64,000 nt of DNA from an uncultured Oscillospiraceae bacterium (GCA_964535505.1 CAZHUH010000001.1:125591-189590); one strand, 5' to 3'. Positions 1 through 10,168 are shown, counted from the stretch's first letter. Numbers and translations are program-made. The notes: generated from the sequence alone by a model not told the origin.

Positions 1-228
1 TGCCGCGGTTACCAAAATTTTGTCGGCAACAGGATCAAGTAGTTTACCGAAATCTGTAACCAAGTTGCGCTTGCGTGCGATGTGCCCGTCACAAATATCA
101 GTAACCGCCGCCAAAACGAAAATAATTGCGGCGCATATTTTCCCCCAGGCAAAGGGCATAAAGTATGCTACCAAAAACAGCGGAATCATGCAAATTCGCA
201 AAACGGTTAGTTTGTTTGGAAGGTTCAT
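1..228 (-). CDS. pgsA: CDP-diacylglycerol--glycerol-3-phosphate 3-phosphatidyltransferase (N-terminal part; gene runs off window edge)
   Basis: Not in the ORF track because it is open at the edge. My translation from ATG at 228 gives MNLPNKLTVLRICMIPLFLVAYF...AAVTDICDGHIARKRNLVTDFGKLLDPVADKILV. This carries the CDP-alcohol phosphatidyltransferase signature D-G-x2-A-R...G-x3-D-x3-D. ATGA start/stop overlap with rimO. Confidence 0.85.
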   Translation of the reverse strand, partial: MNLPNKLTVLRICMIPLFLVAYFMPFAWGKICAAIIFVLAAVTDICDGHIARKRNLVTDFGKLLDPVADKILVTAA

Positions 229-1562
229 TGCACTACTTCTCCTATCAAATCGTATTCCAAGGCGTTAGTGATTTTTACGTTAACAAATTGACCGACGTCC
301 AGTTGTTTTGCCGAATATATGTACACAATGCCGTCAATATCGGGCGCCATAAACTGCGTACGACCTCTGTAAACAAACGATTCGCCCTCTTTGTTGGAAA
401 ACGCGTCCACAACACATTCGTAAACTTGTCCAATATCTTGTTTTTGCAATTGTTGAACAACCTTATATTGCTCTTTGTAAAGTTGTTTTACGTAAGCGTT
501 TTTTGTGCGCGACGGCACTTGGTTTGGCAAGCGTGCCGCCACCGTGCCTTCTTCGCGCGAATAGGCAAAAAAGCCGACATTACGCATTTTGTATTTTTGC
601 AAAAATGCCTTAACTTCATCTATACTCTGTTGTGTTTCCGAAGGGAAACCGCAAATAAATGTGGAGCGAACGCAAATTTTGGGGGAGGAAACTGCCAAAC
701 GGTCAAACAAAGTTTCAATTTGCGCATACGTAGAATGGCGGTTCATTGCTTTTAGAATAGAATCATTTACGTGTTGCAACGGAATATCTATGTACTTTGC
801 AATTTTGGGATTGCTTTCTATTTCGCTAATAAGTTTTTCATCGGTAAGTTCCGGATAGCAATACAAAAGTCGCAACCATTTTACGCCGTCAATTTTGCTT
901 AAACTTTGCAAAAGTTCCACCAATTTGGGTTCGCCGTACAAATCCGCGCCGTATTTAGTTGTGTCTTGAGCCACCAAAATAAGTTCTTTCACGCCTTGCG
1001 AAACAAGCGATTTTGCTTGTTCCACCACTTTTTCCATAGGAACAGAACGTAATCTGCCGCGAATGTACGGGATAAGACAGTAGGAACAAAAATTGTTGCA
1101 ACCATCGCCGATTTTGAGATAGGCAAAATGCGATGGCGTTGTAAGCAGCCTTTTGCCGAAAGTTAGGCACACATTGCTGCCGCCGTTGTAAAGTTCGCGT
1201 TTGCCTTCAAGTGTTTTGGCAACAATATTGCAAATTTCATCGTATTGGTTGGTTCCGACCACGGCATCGGCTTCATCCAAGCCGTCAAAAATTTCTTTTC
1301 CGAATTTTTGCCCCAAGCAGCCCGTTACAATAATTTTTTTGCAAGTGCCTTCATCCTTGTGGTGAAACATTTCCAGAACGGTATCGATAGATTCTTTTCT
1401 GGACGACTCCAAAAATGCGCAAGTGTTTACAATTATAACGTCGGCGCACGCAGGATCGGCGGTTATTTCGTAACCGCCTTTTTGCAAATTTGCCAACATA
1501 ACTTCTGTGTCCACGCGGTTTTTATCACACCCCAAAGACACGACGCCAACTTTTGTTTTCAT
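225..1562 (-). CDS. rimO: Ribosomal protein S12 methylthiotransferase (MiaB/RimO-family radical SAM MTTase)
   Basis: 445 aa. N-terminal MTTase domain (VGVVSLGCDKN), radical-SAM CNNFCSYC motif, C-terminal TRAM-like beta domain. Confidence 0.85.
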   Translation of the reverse strand: MKTKVGVVSLGCDKNRVDTEVMLANLQKGGYEITADPACADVIIVNTCAFLESSRKESIDTVLEMFHHKDEGTCKKIIVTGCLGQKFGKEIFDGLDEADAVVGTNQYDEICNIVAKTLEGKRELYNGGSNVCLTFGKRLLTTPSHFAYLKIGDGCNNFCSYCLIPYIRGRLRSVPMEKVVEQAKSLVSQGVKELILVAQDTTKYGADLYGEPKLVELLQSLSKIDGVKWLRLLYCYPELTDEKLISEIESNPKIAKYIDIPLQHVNDSILKAMNRHSTYAQIETLFDRLAVSSPKICVRSTFICGFPSETQQSIDEVKAFLQKYKMRNVGFFAYSREEGTVAARLPNQVPSRTKNAYVKQLYKEQYKVVQQLQKQDIGQVYECVVDAFSNKEGESFVYRGRTQFMAPDIDGIVYIYSAKQLDVGQFVNVKITNALEYDLIGEVVQ

Positions 1563-1566
1563 TTTT

Positions 1567-4542
1567 CTAATCTTCCATATCAGGGAACAAATTGTCCAGT
1601 TCTTCCAAAGTTACCAAAACCTTCACCGGGCGCGAGCTCGTTTCGTTGGAAGGAACTTCTTCTACGTAGTGAAGGCGTTGCAACGAATCCATAATACGCC
1701 CGGCACGGTTGAATCCGATTTTGAGCGAACGCTGAATCGAAGCAATGGATGCCCGACCGTTTTGTCTTTCCAACCAAAAACGCAATGCTTTTTTGCAATA
1801 GGGATCGAGTTTCTCTTCTTGCGATTCGGCACTTTCCTTGGGTTTTTCCTCTTCTTCGGGTTGTTCTGAAACAAAAATTTCTTTGGCAATGTTTTCGTCA
1901 AAGTACAGTTCGTTGGATTCTTTTACGTAATTTACAAAATCCGCAATTTCTTTGTCGTCAACATAAGTGCCTTGAACACGTGTGGCAGCCGCCTGTCCTT
2001 CTCCGAGATACAGCATATCGCCTTTGCCCAACAATTTTTCGGCGCCGCCTGTAGAAAGAATGGTCATACTGTCTTGCGGAGAAGCCACTTTTAGTGCAAC
2101 ACGACACGAGAAGTTTGTCTTGATTGTGCCCGTGATGGTTCTTACGTCGGGACGTTGCGTTGCCAACACCATGTGGATACCTGCGGCGCGCGATTTTTGC
2201 GCCAAACGCAAAAGTTTTGCTTCAAATTGTTTTTGACAAACTGACATCAAATCGGAAAGCTCGTCTACAACCAGAACCAAGTAAGGCAAACGTTGTTGCA
2301 ATTTAGGATTGATTTTCGCATTGTAACCAACAATGTTTACCACGCCGTTTTGACGGAACAGTTGGTAACGTGATTCCATTTCCTTAATAAGATAGTCCAT
2401 GCTGGCTAACGCCTCAGCCGCATTGGTTACGGTTTCGCTTGTAAGCATGTGCGGAATTCCGTTAAAACGCGAAAGTTCCACAAGTTTTGGGTCTACCATA
2501 ATAAAGCGCAAGTATTCCGGGCCGTATTTGTACATCAAACTGATTATCATCGAATCCAAAAATACGCTTTTGCCCGAGCCGGTTGTGCCTGCAACCAAAA
2601 GGTGCGGCAATTTGGAAAGGTCGCCCACCACAATTTCGCCGGTGATTTCTTGCCCAATGATAAAAGCCAATTTTGCGTTGCTTTCTTGAAATTCTTTGGA
2701 TTCCAACAAGTTGCGAAGTTTTACCGTATGAACAACTTTGTTCGCAACTTCTACGCCCACCAAATTGGTGCCGGCAATGGGCGCTTGAATGATAATGTCG
2801 TTTGCTGCTTCCAAGCAAGCCTTGATATCCGACGAATATCTGTTGAAATCGCTCATTCTAGTTCTTTCCGACAAAACTTTGAAGGAATAACGAGTTACCG
2901 ACGGACCGACAACTTGATCGACGGATTCAACCTTTATGCCGAACACCGCAAGTTTTTGGACAATCGATTGCGCAGCTTGTTCTCTATATGCTTGTTCGTT
3001 ATCTTCCACGTCCACAGATTTCTCCAACAAATCGAATGGCGGTTTTACGTATTTTGGATATTTGTGAATTTTCTCCTCTGCACTGCGAACATCGTCCTTT
3101 GTTTTGAAATCGTAGCCCATTTGAATTCCGCTGTGCGCTGCGCGGCCTGTTTCTACGGCGACAAGTTCGTTGGAATCGTCATCTTCCGTTTCATTTAAAG
3201 AAAATTTCTCATCACTTGCGTCCTTTTCCTCAATAGAAGCAACAGCGGGCTGTTCTTCTGCTACGGTCGGGGTTCCGAAAGATGCGGTTTGATCTTCGCC
3301 GCTTTCGGAAAAGTCGGTGGCTTGTGTGTTATTTTCCGCAACCACGGTTTCTTGCCTATGTTGTTCTGTTTTTGATGCAGAATCTTCCACAAAAAGGTCT
3401 ACCGCGTCGATTTCCGAATCGTCATCTTGCGGAACTTCCACGGGGGTTATCCACTCGCCGCCGTTGGAGTCTTCGGTGATAATAGTCCTCGTTTTCACTT
3501 TGCGCACTGGTCTATCTTCTTGTGTTGGCGTTGTGGAACTTGACGTGGGGGTGGGCGTAAACGATGTGACGTCGGGTTGTCTTTCGGTTGTTTCTTCGGT
3601 GCTGCTACTTATGCGCCAAGGCAAAATATCCGGTTGCTCTTGTTGTTTTGCTGGTTGTTGCCCGAAGTAACTTCCACCACCCATTTCTTCGTTGAAAGAA
3701 TTGTTCGAGTCGTCGGTGTTTATTTGATAATCCGTTTCATCAACGTCTACGTTGTTGAACAAAATATCCACAGCGCGATCTCGTTGCGAAGGTTGAGAGT
3801 TGTTATCCAATTTAGATTGCGGCGCTGTGCCGTAAACTTCGGTGGGGGCTGCGTCTTCGGAGTGCAGCGAACGTTCGGTGGGCGTAAACAAAATTTTATA
3901 CGCGCGCGAGCGTAGGTCGTCATCGTCATCGCCTTGTACCTTTTCGTCATCATGGACGGGTTGCGCCACTTCCGGAGCAACAGGTGCGGCAGCCGATTTG
4001 GGTTTGGATTCGTGTTTGAGAGAAAGCCTACCTGTAAAATAGCTGTAGAAAAAGTCGCCCATCATAATAACCGACCAGACTAGCAAACCAAACAGCAACA
4101 CCGCTGTCGCATAAATGGTGATAACGCGTTGCAAACCGTAGACTATTGTGCCAAACACAATTCCGCCAAAGGTGGGAATCCAACTGTAGTAGTGATAAAC
4201 ATAGTTGGCGTACTCGGCGTAAGTTTCGCTGGCGTTGTAGATAAACAAGGTGGAAAACATGTGAACCAACAACACAATTTCCACAAACATCAGCACAAAG
4301 TGCGCCACGTATTTTTTGGGAATCTGAATTTTTTTGCCGGCAAGCGAAAAAGACGCTATGACTATTGCTGCAATCATTATGCCGTAAAAAGCCATGCCGA
4401 AACTGCCAACAAAGAAATTTGCCACTTCTTTTATCCAAGAATTAAAAAATCTGCCGCAAAATGTAAAAATCATAAGAACCGCCGCAACAGCAATGGTTAC
4501 TGCACAAGCTATTTTTTGGCGTGCGGAAACATCTTTTGCCAT
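1567..4542 (-). CDS. ftsK: DNA translocase FtsK/SpoIIIE
   Basis: 991 aa. N-terminal multi-TM region, ~300-aa acidic/Ser-Thr-Pro-rich linker, motor domain with Walker A GTTGSGKS, C-terminal gamma winged-helix. SD GGAGGGTG precedes the ATG. Confidence 0.92.
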   Translation of the reverse strand: MAKDVSARQKIACAVTIAVAAVLMIFTFCGRFFNSWIKEVANFFVGSFGMAFYGIMIAAIVIASFSLAGKKIQIPKKYVAHFVLMFVEIVLLVHMFSTLFIYNASETYAEYANYVYHYYSWIPTFGGIVFGTIVYGLQRVITIYATAVLLFGLLVWSVIMMGDFFYSYFTGRLSLKHESKPKSAAAPVAPEVAQPVHDDEKVQGDDDDDLRSRAYKILFTPTERSLHSEDAAPTEVYGTAPQSKLDNNSQPSQRDRAVDILFNNVDVDETDYQINTDDSNNSFNEEMGGGSYFGQQPAKQQEQPDILPWRISSSTEETTERQPDVTSFTPTPTSSSTTPTQEDRPVRKVKTRTIITEDSNGGEWITPVEVPQDDDSEIDAVDLFVEDSASKTEQHRQETVVAENNTQATDFSESGEDQTASFGTPTVAEEQPAVASIEEKDASDEKFSLNETEDDDSNELVAVETGRAAHSGIQMGYDFKTKDDVRSAEEKIHKYPKYVKPPFDLLEKSVDVEDNEQAYREQAAQSIVQKLAVFGIKVESVDQVVGPSVTRYSFKVLSERTRMSDFNRYSSDIKACLEAANDIIIQAPIAGTNLVGVEVANKVVHTVKLRNLLESKEFQESNAKLAFIIGQEITGEIVVGDLSKLPHLLVAGTTGSGKSVFLDSMIISLMYKYGPEYLRFIMVDPKLVELSRFNGIPHMLTSETVTNAAEALASMDYLIKEMESRYQLFRQNGVVNIVGYNAKINPKLQQRLPYLVLVVDELSDLMSVCQKQFEAKLLRLAQKSRAAGIHMVLATQRPDVRTITGTIKTNFSCRVALKVASPQDSMTILSTGGAEKLLGKGDMLYLGEGQAAATRVQGTYVDDKEIADFVNYVKESNELYFDENIAKEIFVSEQPEEEEKPKESAESQEEKLDPYCKKALRFWLERQNGRASIASIQRSLKIGFNRAGRIMDSLQRLHYVEEVPSNETSSRPVKVLVTLEELDNLFPDMED

Positions 4543-5104
4543 TTGTTACACCCTCCGATATATACAAGTGCCAATGCGACACATTGTAAACGAATTTTGA
4601 AATATCGTTGCAGAACGAAATTTACTGCAAAATACACTTGGGTAAACTCCGTGGCAACGTTTACTGCCTACGAAAACAGCAAAATTGCGTTTTCTTCCGA
4701 CATTATATAATATTATACAAGATATTCACTAAATAATCAATAAATAAATGGCAATTCAAAATTAAAGAGTGCGATATTTTTTTCACTTTTTGAATATAGC
4801 AAGCGAATTTTGTGCAATGCAAAGAGCGAAATGGTAAGCGAAAGAAAAATAAATGCGACTGTGTCGGCAGTTGAATACACGTTGACGACAACTCTAACGG
4901 AAAAAATCCAAACCAGCCTTCAACTTGGTTGGTATTGCGCAAAAAGCAAAATAATTAGTTTGGCCGGAAAAGGCTTTGCAAGAAAGCAACTTATAAACGT
5001 TTCTTGACATTGACTGACATTGGCTCTTTTAGTTTTGCACATCGGCATTCGAACAGAACCAAGAAAAATGCGGCGCGCAAAATTTGTTACACACCGCAAA
5101 AAAA

Positions 5105-6367
5105 TCAAAATTTCAATTTGGAAATTTCGTCGAAATTTTTCACTTCTTTTCCCACATAGGAAGAGGCAAAGTCTTGAGCAAAAAGTTCACGCGCAAGGTT
5201 GTTTACATCTTCGATTGTTACCGACTTGTAGTTTTCCACCTCTGTTTCGACGTTATAAAGTTTTCCTGTTTTAAGCATGCATCTTCCGTAAAGGCGCATA
5301 AGCGTCATATTGCTTTCTTCTATATTCATATAAAGTCCGTTTACCGCTTGCGCTTTTGCACGATTCAATTCCGCTTTGGTTATGCCCTTTTCCAACAACA
5401 AACAAATTTCTTGCTTCAAAAGACGGCAAACTTCTCCGATGTTATCGGGGCTTAGCCCAACGTAAGTTTCCAACATTCCGCAATCGGAATAGAATGAGGG
5501 ATAACTGTAAACGGAATAGGCCAAACCGTTTTTTTCGCGTACCGACTGGAAAAGTCTGCTGGACATTCCGCCGCCCAAAACACCCGTCAAAATAGAAAGC
5601 GCGTAACGCTTGGGGGAGGAAAGCGCGCAACCGCCCACGGCAATTTCCAAATGAGATTGCTCGATTTTTTTGAACTTGTGCAAAAATTTGTTTGTGTAAA
5701 CGGTTGACACCGCAACGTCTTGAGTAGTTTGCTTGGAGAAGTTGCTTTCGAAGTATTTTTCCACAAACTTGTCCAATTGATCAAACTCGAAGTTGCCGGC
5801 AACGGTAAGCACTGTATTTGTGGGAATATAGTGTTTATCTTTGAATTTTTTAATACTATGTCTGTCAGAGTTCTTTATGTTTGCGGCATTTCCAAGAATA
5901 GTTTGTCCTAAAGCTTGGTTAAAAAACAGTGCATTCGATATCAAATCTTGACTTACCTCGTCGGGAGTGTCCTCGCACATGTTTATCTCTTCTACAACGA
6001 CGCTTTTTTCTCGTTGCAATTCTACTTCGTCGAACTTAGCAAAAAAGTACATGTCCGAAAGCAAATCCATACACTTTTCCAAATCGGATGCTACGCTTTT
6101 GGTGTAAAAACAAGTGCAGTCCTTGGCAGTATAGGCATTTAAGTTGGCGCCGATATCATCCATTTCTTCGGAAATTTGTTGCGAAGTTCGCCTTTCGGTG
6201 CCTTTGAACAGCAAGTGCTCGATAAAGTGCGAATAACCGTTATTTGCACCGCTTTCCTTAACGGAACCCACATCAACGTAGATGCCGAAACTTACGGTGT
6301 AATAAAAATTTTCTAATTTTCTGGCGACAAGCCTTAATCCGCTTGGATATTGTTTGAAAAAATCCAT
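5105..6367 (-). CDS. M16-family (pitrilysin/insulinase-like) zinc peptidase
   Basis: 420 aa with the inverted zinc motif HFIEH (HxxEH) near the N-terminus. Confidence 0.85.
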   Translation of the reverse strand: MDFFKQYPSGLRLVARKLENFYYTVSFGIYVDVGSVKESGANNGYSHFIEHLLFKGTERRTSQQISEEMDDIGANLNAYTAKDCTCFYTKSVASDLEKCMDLLSDMYFFAKFDEVELQREKSVVVEEINMCEDTPDEVSQDLISNALFFNQALGQTILGNAANIKNSDRHSIKKFKDKHYIPTNTVLTVAGNFEFDQLDKFVEKYFESNFSKQTTQDVAVSTVYTNKFLHKFKKIEQSHLEIAVGGCALSSPKRYALSILTGVLGGGMSSRLFQSVREKNGLAYSVYSYPSFYSDCGMLETYVGLSPDNIGEVCRLLKQEICLLLEKGITKAELNRAKAQAVNGLYMNIEESNMTLMRLYGRCMLKTGKLYNVETEVENYKSVTIEDVNNLARELFAQDFASSYVGKEVKNFDEISKLKF

Positions 6368-6403
6368 TTTACGCTCCCATTTTTCTTCGATTGGGTTTGA
6401 ATA

Positions 6404-7111
6404 CTAAACTTCTCCGATAATTTCCCCTACAGTTACGGGGCGAATATTGTTTTGCAAATAGTATTTTACTATTTTTTCCAACGCTTGTAAAGTGTGCGGC
6501 GTGGGATGCATCAAAATAAGTTCTCCGCCGGAGGTGGATTTTGTGGCACGGGTGTACACCAACTCGCTGTCTTTATCTCGCCAATCGATGGTATCGCGAG
6601 ACCACATTATTGTTTTGAAGCCGTTGTCTTTTGCCGCTTTCAATGTTTCTGCGGAAAAATCTCCGCTTGGAGGCGCAAATAATGTGGGATAAATTCCGCA
6701 ATACTCAAACACAATTTTGCTGCAAGCCACAATTTCATCGGCATTTTGCTTATAGGTAAGTTTGCCGTACTCTTTGTGAAAATAACCGTGATTTCCTATT
6801 TCGTGCCCTTCCGACACAATTTTTTGCAAATATTCGGGGTTTTGCGCAACCCATGAACCTCCCACAAAAAAGGTACACTTTACGTCGTACTTTTTGAAGA
6901 TTTCCAAAAAACCGTCCAAATATTCAGTCCCCCAGTAGACGTTTATCATAAGCGCAACTTTGTCAGAAGCATTTCCGCGGTATATCGGCGCGCTGTCGTC
7001 CTTATTGAAAACGTTGGCGGTTGCCCCTGTCAAACTTACGGCAACAATGCACACAACCATTGCCACCAGCAAAACGTTAACCACAATATGCAAAAATATT
7101 TTGGATTTCAC
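6404..7111 (-). CDS. Polysaccharide deacetylase (NodB domain), PdaB-like sporulation type, membrane-anchored
   Basis: 235 aa, N-terminal TM anchor, NodB motifs (GNHGYFH, LMHP). Motif 1 reads MINVYWG rather than TFDDG, as in PdaB-type proteins. GTG start after a GGGAG SD. Confidence 0.8.
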   Translation of the reverse strand: MKSKIFLHIVVNVLLVAMVVCIVAVSLTGATANVFNKDDSAPIYRGNASDKVALMINVYWGTEYLDGFLEIFKKYDVKCTFFVGGSWVAQNPEYLQKIVSEGHEIGNHGYFHKEYGKLTYKQNADEIVACSKIVFEYCGIYPTLFAPPSGDFSAETLKAAKDNGFKTIMWSRDTIDWRDKDSELVYTRATKSTSGGELILMHPTPHTLQALEKIVKYYLQNNIRPVTVGEIIGEV

Positions 7112-7267
7112 ACTACAACTCCCAAGATATTATACTAATAAAAAATCGGATATTTTCTTTTTAAAAAAAATTTCGAAAATTGCAATGGAAAATTGACGAT
7201 GAAATGCAACTTAAAAAAATTGTTTAATATCAAATTTATTCCTACGCAAGTTCACACCTCACAAGAA

Positions 7268-7289
7268 ACTATGTCTGAAATAATATTCT
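7268..7289 (+). repeat. REP-like intergenic element, copy 1 (short form)
   Basis: ACTATGTCTGAAATAATATTCT matches the family core ACTATGTCTGAAATAGTATTCTGC (motif written on the + strand). Confidence 0.75.
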
Positions 7290-7362
7290 ATGTTAATGCG
7301 ATTTATAGAGTAATTTGTTATATTTTTCAGTAATTATAGAGCAAATTGCGCATATAAAGCCG

Positions 7363-7384
7363 AAAAAAGACGCATTGCTGCGCC
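7363..7384 (-). terminator. Intrinsic terminator after spoVM
   Basis: Minus strand GGCGCA-GCAA-TGCGTC hairpin (6 bp, one G-U) followed by TTTTTT. Confidence 0.5.
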
Positions 7385-7431
7385 TTTTGTAAACTATTGG
7401 TAAATTGGTTCAAAATCTATTTTTTCCAAAA

Positions 7432-7521
7432 CTATTTGCTATCACCTTTTTTGCCCAAAAGAAACTTCAAAATTTTACCCAAAAAACCGGGCAGTTTGCA
7501 ACATACTATTTTACTTTTCAT
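7432..7521 (-). CDS. spoVM: Stage V sporulation protein M (29-aa amphipathic peptide)
   Basis: Too short for the ORF track. My translation is MKSKIVCCKLPGFLGKILKFLLGKKGDSK, compared with B. subtilis SpoVM MKFYTIKLPKFLGGIVRAMLGSFRKD (shared KLPxFLGxI...LG). SD GGAGAG lies 4 nt upstream. It sits directly downstream of rpe, as in B. subtilis. Confidence 0.8.
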   Translation of the reverse strand: MKSKIVCCKLPGFLGKILKFLLGKKGDSK

Positions 7522-7546
7522 GCAACTCTCCATTGTTTTTTGTAAA

Positions 7547-7575
7547 ATTATATGCCGTGTTTCGCCAAAAGGTTA
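7547..7575 (-). promoter_or_regulatory. Candidate sigma-E-type promoter for spoVM
   Basis: Minus strand -10 CATATAAT (consensus CATACAnT). 14-nt spacer. Weak -35 TAACCTT, overlapping the rpe stop. Confidence 0.35.
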
Positions 7576-8214
7576 CAAAGTTTTTAATTTTTGCACTGCG
7601 TCTTTTCTGTTGGGTGATTTTATTATATAACTGCCGGCAACCAGCACGTCCGCCCCTGCTTCAACCGCAAGTGCGCCCGTTTCGGCATTTATACCACCGT
7701 CCACTTCAATCAATTTATCGGCAAACAGTTTGCGTGCGGTTTTGATTTTTTTTAAACAACCGTGCATAAACTTTTGACCGCCAAAACCCGGCTCCACAGT
7801 CATAATCAAAATCATATCGAAAAACTCAACAAAAGGCAAAAGCGCTTCTACTGCCGTTGAAGGTTTTATGCACAGCCCCACTTTTGCGCCGCTTTGGCGA
7901 ATGCGCGCCGATGTTTCGGCAATGTCGCTGCCCGCTTCCAAATGAAAAGTTACAATGTTTGCCCCTGCGGCAATAAAATCGTCAACAACTTTGTGTGGGT
8001 TTTGTACCATCAAGTGTACATCCAACGGCAAAGAAACCGCCTTTTTAACTTGCGAAACCGCCTCAACGCTCAAAGCCGTGTTGGGAACAAACTTACCGTC
8101 CATAATATCGCAATGAATCCAATCAGCGCCACTGTTTTCCAACGACAAACATTCTTCATTCAGCCGTGAAAAATCCGCATTCAAAATTGACGGACTTACC
8201 AAAACTTTTTCCAT
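7573..8214 (-). CDS. rpe: Ribulose-phosphate 3-epimerase
   Basis: 213 aa, full-length match to the Rpe pattern (SILNADF...HCDIMDG...HLMV...MTVEPGFGGQ). Confidence 0.95.
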   Translation of the reverse strand: MEKVLVSPSILNADFSRLNEECLSLENSGADWIHCDIMDGKFVPNTALSVEAVSQVKKAVSLPLDVHLMVQNPHKVVDDFIAAGANIVTFHLEAGSDIAETSARIRQSGAKVGLCIKPSTAVEALLPFVEFFDMILIMTVEPGFGGQKFMHGCLKKIKTARKLFADKLIEVDGGINAETGALAVEAGADVLVAGSYIIKSPNRKDAVQKLKTL

Positions 8215-8250
8215 ATTTTCTCCCTTTTTTACGGCAATACTTGCCCTATT

Positions 8251-9123
8251 TTAATATTGGTTTTCTTCAAAATCCACCAATTCTTTGTATTCGTCCAAGT
8301 AGCGTTGATATCTTGCTTTGCACAATTTGCCCGTTTCCGCCGCTTTTTTTACTGCGCAATCTGGTTCCACCGTGTGTGTGCACGACGTAAATTTGCAGTT
8401 TTGTGCAATGGAAACAAAATCGTCCAAATAAAGCCTCAACTCGTCGTGGCGAATGCCCACCAAATTGCACAGCGAAAAGCCGCAGGTATCCACTACGTAG
8501 CCACCCCACACTTTGTGAAGCGAGCTATGCCGAGTGGTATGCATTCCCTTACCGGATTTTTCCGAAATGCCACCGGTTTTCCCCTGAAAATTAGGCAAGA
8601 TGGCGTTTAGAATGGAAGTTTTTCCAACGGCGGATTGACCTGCAAAACACACAATTTTGCCTTCAACATAGTTTTTCAAGCACTCCAAACTTGCGCTATC
8701 GAAAGCGGAAAGACAAACAATATCGCAAACAGAACTGAAATTCTGTCTAACTTCTTCTGCCGTACCGTCGTCGATATCCATTTTGTTCACAACAATAACA
8801 GGCTCGATTTTTTCTTGAAAACAGTTTATCAGCACCTTATCCGTAAGGTAAAAATCCGGTTGCGGCACACTTGCCAAAACAATAAAGCACACGTCCACAT
8901 TTGCCACTTCGGGGCGATTGAGACGGTTTTTGCGCGGTAAAATTTCCGTTATGTTGCCTTTGCCTTTGTGCAAATCCACAAATCGCACCATATCGCCCAC
9001 CAACACGTCAAATTCATTGTAGCGCAATTTTTTTGGAGAAAAACAAGTGAACTTGCCATTTTCCGATTCCACCGTGAAAACTCCACCGACGATTTTGGTT
9101 ACCACTCCATACAAGTCAGTCAT
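8251..9123 (-). CDS. rsgA: Ribosome small-subunit-dependent GTPase A
   Basis: OB-fold N-terminus, circularly permuted GTPase (VNKMD...GQSAVGKTS), C-terminal Zn knuckle (CKFTSCTHTVEPDCAV). Start moved to ATG 9123 (MTDLYG), which overlaps the rlmN end by 8 nt. Confidence 0.9.
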   Translation of the reverse strand: MTDLYGVVTKIVGGVFTVESENGKFTCFSPKKLRYNEFDVLVGDMVRFVDLHKGKGNITEILPRKNRLNRPEVANVDVCFIVLASVPQPDFYLTDKVLINCFQEKIEPVIVVNKMDIDDGTAEEVRQNFSSVCDIVCLSAFDSASLECLKNYVEGKIVCFAGQSAVGKTSILNAILPNFQGKTGGISEKSGKGMHTTRHSSLHKVWGGYVVDTCGFSLCNLVGIRHDELRLYLDDFVSIAQNCKFTSCTHTVEPDCAVKKAAETGKLCKARYQRYLDEYKELVDFEENQY

Positions 9124-10165
9124 GGTTGCCCTCCGAAAGATACCTTCTACGCAGTTGCCCACAAGCGCCTTCTATGTCTTGCCCCATAGTGCGACGGCGT
9201 GTTGCCGAAACGCCCAATCGTTCCAAATATTGCAAAAATTTCTTCAAATTTGCTTCGCTTGTGCCCTTCAAATTCGTTTCTTTCACAGGGTTAAGCGCAA
9301 TTATGTTTACGTGAACGGATATTCCGCGAAGCAACGCCGCCAATTTCAGCGCATGCGAATAACTGTCGTTTTGACCGTCGATAAGCGTGTATTCCACAAT
9401 CACGCGGCGGCCGGTTTTTTCAAAGTAGTATTTGCATGCGGAAACCGCTTCCTCCACACTGTATGCGTTGGTAATGGGCATTATTTGCTTGCGCTGTTCG
9501 GAATCAGGGTTGTGCAAACTTAACGTCAAGTTCACCGAAAACCCCATATCTGCCAATTCACGCATTTTTGGCACAACGCCGCAGGTAGAAAGGGAAATAT
9601 TTCGTTCAGAAATGTTTATGCCGTCTGCGGCAGTTACCAAACGTAAAAATTCAGTTACGTTTTCGAAGTTATCCAGCGGCTCGCCACTTCCCATCATAAC
9701 AACGTTAGTAACGTAGCGTTGCTTGCCGTCGCCCAGCGCATTTACGCTTAAAACTTCCCCCAAAATTTCGCCTGAGGAAAGGTTGCGTACCAACCCGCCC
9801 AGCGTGCTTGCGCAAAACTTGCACCCCATTCGACAACCGACTTGACTGGAAACGCACAGCGTGTTGCCGTATTTGTATTTCATTAAAACACCTTCCACCA
9901 CGTTGCCGTCGAAAAGTTCAAACAAAAACTTTTGTGTGCCGTCAATTTCGGACGTAAGCACGCGAATGATTTTTGCCGAAACAGCCACGCAAGTTTGCTT
10001 CAATTTTTGCCTAAAATCCTTTGATAGGTTGGTCATTGAATCGAAATCTGCGCCTTTTTGCAGCCACGAATAAAGTTGTTTGGCAACAAAGGGCTTAACA
10101 CCGAAGTTGCCCGTGATAAATTCCGTAAGTTTTTCCAAGGAAAAATCGTTAAGTATAGTTGCCAT
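9116..10165 (-). CDS. rlmN: 23S rRNA/tRNA (adenine-C2)-methyltransferase, radical SAM
   Basis: 349 aa with a CRMGCKFC radical-SAM motif and RlmN-type N-terminus. Confidence 0.92.
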   Translation of the reverse strand: MATILNDFSLEKLTEFITGNFGVKPFVAKQLYSWLQKGADFDSMTNLSKDFRQKLKQTCVAVSAKIIRVLTSEIDGTQKFLFELFDGNVVEGVLMKYKYGNTLCVSSQVGCRMGCKFCASTLGGLVRNLSSGEILGEVLSVNALGDGKQRYVTNVVMMGSGEPLDNFENVTEFLRLVTAADGINISERNISLSTCGVVPKMRELADMGFSVNLTLSLHNPDSEQRKQIMPITNAYSVEEAVSACKYYFEKTGRRVIVEYTLIDGQNDSYSHALKLAALLRGISVHVNIIALNPVKETNLKGTSEANLKKFLQYLERLGVSATRRRTMGQDIEGACGQLRRRYLSEGNHD

Positions 10166-10168
10166 AAA

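Noticed and set aside
4543-5104. Possible housekeeping ncRNA (RNase P, SRP, 6S, tmRNA) in the 560-bp spacer upstream of ftsK.
   Set aside because: None of the signature strings I know (GAGGAAAGTCC, the SRP GGAA/AGCA motif, the tmRNA GGGGCTGAT... 5' end) are present. I found only a plausible ftsK promoter (TTGATT-17-TATAAT) and small hairpins.
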